From assembly GCF_000621645.1 (NCBI RefSeq), contig NZ_JHXR01000011.1, forward strand, positions 60,001-92,000: 32,000 bases of DNA, read 5' to 3'. Position numbers and translations under genes: made by a program. The notes beneath the pieces were generated by a model. That model was not told the origin of the DNA, did not search any database, and saw nothing but the letters and a program-made list of their open reading frames with translations. Of the stretch, positions 26,923 to 32,000 are shown piece by piece. How positions within the stretch are numbered: the first letter of the stretch is position 1; every line of letters starts with the position of its first letter. The stretch is from Vibrio cholerae ATCC 14035. Lineage in GTDB: Bacteria > Pseudomonadota > Gammaproteobacteria > Enterobacterales > Vibrionaceae.

Positions 26923-27840
26923 ATGAATAACTCTGTGCAAATTTGGTTGGATGCCGCGCGTCCGAAAACCTTGCCTCTGGCGCTGATCTCCATTTTAACC
27001 GGGAGTGCATTAGCCTTCTCTGCGGGAAATTTTCACTGGCTGATCGCGGTGTTAGCTCTGCTGACCGCGACTTTGCTGCAAATTCTGTCCAATCTTGCCA
27101 ATGATTATGGCGATGCGGTGAAAGGCACCGACAACCATGCTCGTTTAGGACCGATGCGCGCCATTCAATCGGGGGCGGTGAGCTTAAGTGATATGAAACG
27201 CGCCATGGCGATCAATGTTATTCTGACCATGGTGTCAGGCTTGGCATTGGTGCTGTATGCCTTTGATAACCTGCAAAATATCTTGATATTTATTGGCTTA
27301 GGCGTATTGGCGATTTTAGCGGCGATTGCTTATACCGTCGGGAATAAACCTTATGGCTATGTCGGGCTTGGCGATCTATCGGTATTCCTATTTTTTGGCT
27401 TGCTTGGCGTCTCCGGCAGTTTTTTCTTACACACTGGCTATATCGAATGGAGCTTGTTATTACCGTCTTTAGGCTGCGGTTTACTGGCGGTGGCGGTACT
27501 GAATGTCAACAATATGCGCGATATTGAAAACGATGCGCAGTGTGGCAAACGCACTGTGGCGGTGCGCTTGGGACAAGTGCGTGCGAAGCAGTATCACTTT
27601 GCTTTGTTGTTTGGTGCCGTTGCCGCGTTTGCAGGTTACCTCGTTTTACAAGACAAACCACTGTGGATCAGCTTGCCCTTTTTGCTCTGTTTGTCGGTGG
27701 TGACTCGTCACGGTCGAGCCGTCTGGTTTACCGAGCAACCCGCGCAAATTGCCCCCATGATGCCCGTGGTGGTGAAAACGTCGGTGATCACCAACCTTTT
27801 GTTTGTTGGAGTGATCATTGCCCAAACTCTGACAAGTTAA
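26923..27840 (+). CDS. menA: 1,4-dihydroxy-2-naphthoate octaprenyltransferase
   Basis: 305 aa polytopic UbiA-family protein. WLDAARPKTLPLALISILTGSALAF parallels E. coli MenA, the Asp-rich motif NLANDYGD is present, and menA-rraA adjacency is conserved. Confidence 0.93.
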   Translation: MNNSVQIWLDAARPKTLPLALISILTGSALAFSAGNFHWLIAVLALLTATLLQILSNLANDYGDAVKGTDNHARLGPMRAIQSGAVSLSDMKRAMAINVILTMVSGLALVLYAFDNLQNILIFIGLGVLAILAAIAYTVGNKPYGYVGLGDLSVFLFFGLLGVSGSFFLHTGYIEWSLLLPSLGCGLLAVAVLNVNNMRDIENDAQCGKRTVAVRLGQVRAKQYHFALLFGAVAAFAGYLVLQDKPLWISLPFLLCLSVVTRHGRAVWFTEQPAQIAPMMPVVVKTSVITNLLFVGVIIAQTLTS

Positions 27841-27914
27841 TTTGCACTCTGTCATTGCAATGACTCAATCACTCTATATACTCGTTGGAAGACTTTCGCT
27901 AAGAGAACAAAGCT

Positions 27915-28430
27915 ATGGAATACAATACTTCTGCGCTGTGTGATATCTATCTCGACCAAGTCGATGTCGTGGAGCCTATGTTCAGCAACTTTGGTGGCTG
28001 TGCTTCGTTTGCCGGTCAAATCACCACGATTAAGTGCTATGAAGATAATGGCTTGATCCGTGAAACCCTTGAGCAAGATGGTCTTGGCCGTATTTTGCTG
28101 ATTGACGGTGGCGGCTCGCTGCGCCGTGCATTAATTGATGCAGAATTGGCGGCTCTAGCGGAAGAAAATGAGTGGGAAGGCATTGTGGTGTATGGCAGTG
28201 TCCGTGAAGTGGATGAATTGGAAGAGATGAGCATCGGTATTCAGGCGATTGCTTCTATTCCTGTCGGCGCAACCTCGCAAGGCATCGGTGAAGTGGACAT
28301 TCCAGTCAACTTTGGCGGCGTCACCTTCCTACCAGAAGATTATCTGTATGCCGACAATACTGGCATCATCATCTCGCAAGAGCCGCTGAGCGCGGATCTG
28401 GGCGAAGAAGAGGAAGATGAGTTGCTGTAA
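27915..28430 (+). CDS. rraA: Regulator of RNase E activity A (RraA)
   Basis: 171 aa. [46 protein letters not shown]...VNFGGVTF...LYADNTGII matches E. coli RraA along its length. There is an additional acidic C-terminal tail, [13 protein letters not shown]. Confidence 0.95.
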   Translation: MEYNTSALCDIYLDQVDVVEPMFSNFGGCASFAGQITTIKCYEDNGLIRETLEQDGLGRILLIDGGGSLRRALIDAELAALAEENEWEGIVVYGSVREVDELEEMSIGIQAIASIPVGATSQGIGEVDIPVNFGGVTFLPEDYLYADNTGIIISQEPLSADLGEEEEDELL

Positions 28431-28455
28431 GCGAGCTCTCGCACTCTAAGAATTG

Positions 28456-28487
28456 AAAAAGCCGATGTCGTTGATATCGGCTTTTTT
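28456..28487. terminator. Bidirectional Rho-independent terminator shared by rraA and the MATE gene
   Basis: A roughly 10-bp stem from 28460-28469 to 28473-28482 (AGCCGATGTC / GATATCGGCT, with one G-U pair) and a 3-nt loop. It is flanked by an A-run upstream and T5-6 downstream. Confidence 0.8.
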
Positions 28488-28516
28488 CATGCATTCTCTA
28501 TTGGCTTGTAACGAGC

Positions 28517-29899
28517 TTAATCCAAATCAGGCGTAAGGGTTTGACGCCGCAATCTGAGCGCATAGAGATAACCCAATAATCCGCCCAGTATGTTCCCCAC
28601 CGCAATACCGATAAATAACCCTTCAATGTTGTACAGTCTGCCGCCAATCCAAGCTGCGGGTAGGGTGAACACAAACAGGCGCATAAAGCTCCATTGAAAA
28701 GCCTTGAGTGGTTGATGTAAGGCGTTGAGGGCGGAAACCAACATCATCACCACGCCTTGGAAGCCGTAGCTGACCGGCACGACTAACAAATAGTGCCACA
28801 GCAGATCGCGCACGGCTTGCTCTTGAGAAAACAGCGCCGCCAGTGGAATACTCAGCGGTACCATCATGATAAACACCATAAGTTGAAACAGCAGAGAAAA
28901 GCGTAGACTCAGAAAGAGTCCGGCAAAGCTGCGTGCAGGATTTTGCGCCCCAAGATTTTGCGCCATAAAGGGGGTGAGGGCAGACGTGAGCGACATCAGT
29001 ACCAAAATCAGAATCGACTCAATGCGCTGCGCCGCACCATACGCGGCCACCGCTGCAGTGCCGTGGCTTGAGAGCATGATCATCAGCAGTGCGCCAGAAA
29101 TTGGGTTCATTGCGGTAGAAAGCGCAGCCGGAGTGCCGATTTTTAAAATCTGTTGCCAGTCATCGCGCAGATGAGGCAGCGATGGTATGGCGAGCAGTTT
29201 TTCACGCTTGATCAGCAAATAGAGTGAGCCGATTAATGCCCCCAACCAAGAGAAAGCGCTAGCAATCGCAGCACCTTGGATGCCGAGTTCAGGAAATGGG
29301 CCGTAGCCAAAAATCAGCAGTGGGTCGAGCGCGCCGTTAATCAGCCCCGCCAGCATCATAATTTTGGCGGGTGTTTTGGTATCGCCAGTGGCGCGAATCG
29401 CGCTGTTACCGGCCATAGGTAGCACGAGCAGGGGAATCGTGAGGTACCACACCACCATGTACTCTTTGATAAGAGGGATCAGCTCATGGCTGGCACCAAG
29501 CAGCAAAAACAGCGGTTCTATGGTCAATAAACCGAGTGTTGAAGCTGCGGCCACTAGCAATAAGGCGAGCAGTAACCCATGACTAGACACGCGCGCGGCT
29601 TGTCGTCCATCACCTTGTCCGAGCAAGCGCCCTATGCAAGTGGATAACCCAACCCCAATGCCCATGGTAATACAGTTGACCGCAAAGGTGACCGGAAAGG
29701 TATAACTGATTGCCGCCAGCGCCTGTGTACCTAGTAAGGAAATAAAGAAAGTATCGACAAGGTTGAACATCAAAATGGCCACCAAACCGAAAATCATCGG
29801 TACGGTCATTTGCCGTAAAACGAGGGGGATGGGGGCAGAAAGCAGGCCGTGTTTATCGTGCATAAGCTGGGCAACGAAGGAAAACAAGGTGCCTAGCAT
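28517..29899 (-). CDS. MATE-family multidrug/toxic-compound efflux transporter
   Basis: 460 aa with about 12 predicted TM segments. The opening LRQMTVPMIFGLVAILMFNLVDTFFISLLGTQALAAISYTFP is typical of MATE proteins, and an internal repeat of that pattern occurs in the second half. The start is ambiguous (29899, or the ATG at 29863), and neither has a strong SD. Confidence 0.85.
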   Translation of the reverse strand: MLGTLFSFVAQLMHDKHGLLSAPIPLVLRQMTVPMIFGLVAILMFNLVDTFFISLLGTQALAAISYTFPVTFAVNCITMGIGVGLSTCIGRLLGQGDGRQAARVSSHGLLLALLLVAAASTLGLLTIEPLFLLLGASHELIPLIKEYMVVWYLTIPLLVLPMAGNSAIRATGDTKTPAKIMMLAGLINGALDPLLIFGYGPFPELGIQGAAIASAFSWLGALIGSLYLLIKREKLLAIPSLPHLRDDWQQILKIGTPAALSTAMNPISGALLMIMLSSHGTAAVAAYGAAQRIESILILVLMSLTSALTPFMAQNLGAQNPARSFAGLFLSLRFSLLFQLMVFIMMVPLSIPLAALFSQEQAVRDLLWHYLLVVPVSYGFQGVVMMLVSALNALHQPLKAFQWSFMRLFVFTLPAAWIGGRLYNIEGLFIGIAVGNILGGLLGYLYALRLRRQTLTPDLD

Positions 29900-29958
29900 A
29901 CCTGAACTTAAAAACAGGGACTAGGGAAGGGAGCCTAGGGAGTAAATTGCGAGGGGCT

Positions 29959-29990
29959 AAAAACAACAAGGCCAGCATTATGCTGGCCTT
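29959..29990 (-). terminator. Rho-independent terminator of tpiA
   Basis: Stem AAGGCCAGC (29968-29976) / GCTGGCCTT (29982-29990). The minus-strand tail is GUUGUUUUU, and the hairpin is 27 nt after the tpiA stop. Confidence 0.65.
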
Positions 29991-30016
29991 GAACGATCAG
30001 TGGCGAGAATCGCAAA

Positions 30017-30790
30017 TTACGCTTTTTTCGCTTCTGCTGCGGCTTTGGCGATCGCGGCAAAGCCTTTCGCATCCAGTGATGCACCGCCAACCAGCGCACC
30101 ATCGATGTCTGGTTGTGCAAAGTAAGACGCTGCGTTTTCTGGTTTTACGGAACCGCCGTACTGGATGATCACTTGCTCAGCCACTGCAGCATCTTTCGCA
30201 GCGATCAGTGCACGGATTGACGCGTGGATACGCTGTGCATCATCTGCTGTCGCGGCTTTACCCGTACCGATTGCCCAGATTGGTTCGTAAGCGATGATCG
30301 CGCCGTTCAGTGCTTCAACGCCGTAAGCATCGATCACTGCGTTGATTTGGCGAGCACATACCGCTTCTGTTTCGCCCGCTTCGTTTTGCGCTTCAGTTTC
30401 ACCGATACAGAAGACTGGCGTTAGGCCGTTTTCTTTCAGGAACGCAAATTTCTTAGCGACGAACTCATCTGATTCTTTGTGGTAATCACGACGCTCAGAG
30501 TGACCGATGATGATGTGCGAAGCACCGAAATCTTTCAGCATCGCAGGAGACATATCACCTGTGTACGCACCACTGTTGTGAGTATCGGTGTTTTGTGCAC
30601 CCAGGATCAGCTTGTTGCCGCCTTCTTTGATCAGGCGCTCAGCCAGATCCAAATACATTGCTGGTGGCGCAACGACAACATCAACACCTTCAACACCTTC
30701 AAGTTCTGCATTCAAACCGTTTAGCAGGTCAGTGACCATAGCTTTGCTGCCATTCAGTTTCCAGTTACCCATCACAACAGGACGACGCAT
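30017..30790 (-). CDS. tpiA: Triosephosphate isomerase
   Basis: ORF trimmed to the ATG at 30790 ([19 protein letters not shown]...), with GGAGA upstream. The product is 257 aa with the motifs [19 protein letters not shown] and IQYGGSV. Confidence 0.97.
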   Translation of the reverse strand: MRRPVVMGNWKLNGSKAMVTDLLNGLNAELEGVEGVDVVVAPPAMYLDLAERLIKEGGNKLILGAQNTDTHNSGAYTGDMSPAMLKDFGASHIIIGHSERRDYHKESDEFVAKKFAFLKENGLTPVFCIGETEAQNEAGETEAVCARQINAVIDAYGVEALNGAIIAYEPIWAIGTGKAATADDAQRIHASIRALIAAKDAAVAEQVIIQYGGSVKPENAASYFAQPDIDGALVGGASLDAKGFAAIAKAAAEAKKA

Positions 30791-31033
30791 AGGAATATCT
30801 CCATATCTAATCAATGTAAAAAATAAACTCGCAGGACTATAGCAGAATAAATTCGTCAGATCATGACTCGTATCATGTCTTTATGGGATCTCATCGACGC
30901 GACAAATCAGCAATCGAGTGATCTGAGTGACAGATTATTCGGTAGTGGCTCGGTTTTTTAGGTTGAACTTGTTATTACTATCCCTCTCTCTAGGACAGAA
31001 CGATTTTTATCCACCGTTAGCAAGGAAAACCGA

Positions 31034-31384
31034 ATGCCAAACTTAGTCATGGAATACTCAAACTCAGTCGATGAACGCATCAATGTGCAAGGATTGCTGG
31101 AAGATTTGCATCGAGCCGCTATTGATTCAGGACTGTTTGAAATAAGTTCGGTAAAATCTCGCGCGCTGCGCTGCCACCATTGGTTGATTGGGGATGAAGG
31201 CGACAGCGTTGATTTTATTCACCTCAGTTTTGAGTTGCTGGCAGGACGCAGTCCTGAGCAAAAGCGAGAGCTATCGCGTAAGCTGATGGAGATTCTGGCG
31301 GCGAAAGCCAGCCATGTGCGCAGTTTGACCATTAATATTCGAGATATGGATACAGACTGCTTTCAAAAAGTCATCAATCGATGA
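31034..31384 (+). CDS. 5-carboxymethyl-2-hydroxymuconate isomerase-like protein (tautomerase superfamily, function unknown here)
   Basis: 116 aa. MPNLVMEYSNSV... (Pro directly after the initiator Met), ...GLFEISSVKSRAL... and ...FIHLSFELLAGRSPEQKRELS... parallel recalled E. coli C HpcD (MPHFIVECSDNI..., GIRSR, FVHMTLKIGAGRS). AAGGAAAA lies upstream. Confidence 0.8.
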   Translation: MPNLVMEYSNSVDERINVQGLLEDLHRAAIDSGLFEISSVKSRALRCHHWLIGDEGDSVDFIHLSFELLAGRSPEQKRELSRKLMEILAAKASHVRSLTINIRDMDTDCFQKVINR

Positions 31385-31403
31385 CCTTGTTTAGGTAAAA
31401 GTC

Positions 31404-31844
31404 ATGTCGTTACAAACACTGTTGTTTTCTTTTCAGGGGCGTATTGGTCGCCAAGCTTTCTGGCTGTGGAATATTTGCTACTACGCCATGATTGCCGGTT
31501 TTGCAATGGGATCGAATCTGCTATTTCCCGATGTTGCGCACCTGATCTTGCCGGTTTTTCTGCTGGTAGTCTTAGTGCCAGATTTGGCGATTACCGCTAA
31601 GCGTTGGCATGATCGTGACAAATCAAGCTGGTGGTTGCTACTCAATGTGCCGCTTGTGATTGGCCGCATGACGATTCCGGCAGGAGAATTGGCCGTGAAT
31701 ACCCAACCCGGCATGCTGGAAACACTTATCTCGTTTGTGGCCTTACTGTGTGGTGCATGGATTTTGGTGGAGTGCGGATTTCTTTCTGGCACGGATGGCA
31801 GTAACCGTTTTGGCGCCGAGCCGAAGTGGATCAAAAAAAGCTAG
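31404..31844 (+). CDS. DUF805 family inner-membrane protein (YhaH/YhaI-like)
   Basis: 146 aa with the hallmark FSFQGRIGRQAFW near the N-terminus and ITAKRWHDRDKSSWWLLL in the middle, plus 3-4 hydrophobic segments. It starts 19 nt after the tautomerase stop. Confidence 0.85.
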   Translation: MSLQTLLFSFQGRIGRQAFWLWNICYYAMIAGFAMGSNLLFPDVAHLILPVFLLVVLVPDLAITAKRWHDRDKSSWWLLLNVPLVIGRMTIPAGELAVNTQPGMLETLISFVALLCGAWILVECGFLSGTDGSNRFGAEPKWIKKS

Positions 31845-31871
31845 GCCAGCAATAAGCGGTATCAAATGCGT

Positions 31872-31903
31872 AAGAGAGGAGGTTTCTCTCCTCTCTTTAT
31901 TGT
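31872..31903 (+). terminator. Probable terminator of the tautomerase-DUF805 pair
   Basis: Stem AGAGAGGAG (31873-31881) / CTCCTCTCT (31888-31896) with a 6-nt loop and tail TTTATTGT. Confidence 0.6.
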
Positions 31904-32000
31904 CATCCCTAAACCACCGCTTTTAGCGGTGGTGATTGTTCTTGCCACTTTTCCATCTCGGCTAAGAGCGTTATCGCCAGCCGTCGTCTTGAACCATTCT

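Noticed and set aside
31909-32000. Partial minus-strand CDS entering from the right edge
   Set aside because: Two different minus-strand frames are open over the last ~90-135 nt and neither is identifiable. The evidence is insufficient to report a feature.

Overview
This window reads as conserved gammaproteobacterial core genome. It is Vibrio-like, most plausibly chromosome 1 of the V. cholerae clade, but that assignment rests on recalled gene order and protein sequences, not on a search. I support 30 intact, tightly packed protein genes plus one partial gene at the left edge. In order they are: dcuA-aspA (-), a PAS-GGDEF diguanylate cyclase (+), fxsA (+), trmL (-), sodA (-), cpxA-cpxR (-) divergent from cpxP (+), fieF (+), pfkA (+), glpX (-), zapB (+), metF (-), metL-metB (-) divergent from metJ (+), a short-form malic enzyme (-), rpmE (-) divergent from priA (+), cytR, ftsN, hslV-hslU, menA, rraA (all +), a MATE exporter (-), tpiA (-), then an orphan CHMI-type tautomerase and a DUF805 membrane protein (+). 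Several ORF-track entries carry false N-terminal extensions, and I trimmed them to the start that has a Shine-Dalgarno sequence and aligns with the orthologue. Most gene ends carry clear Rho-independent terminators. Recognisable operators sit where the known regulons predict them: a Fur box at sodA, a CpxR box between cpxR and cpxP, tandem MetJ boxes at metB/metJ and metF, a CRP site before cytR, and a sigma-32 promoter before hslVU. I saw no rRNA, tRNA, CRISPR array, IS or transposase, integrase, phage gene, toxin-antitoxin pair or defence-type gene, and no long repeats. I therefore do not find a novel multi-gene system here. The findings are modest: a block inversion relative to E. coli, a CpxQ-like 3' UTR after cpxP, plus-oriented hairpins with a 23-codon ORF between metL and metF, an orphan tautomerase/DUF805 pair, a PAS-GGDEF enzyme lacking an I-site, a minimal FtsN, and a few unexplained palindromes. 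All motif matches were made by eye and no searches or computations were run.
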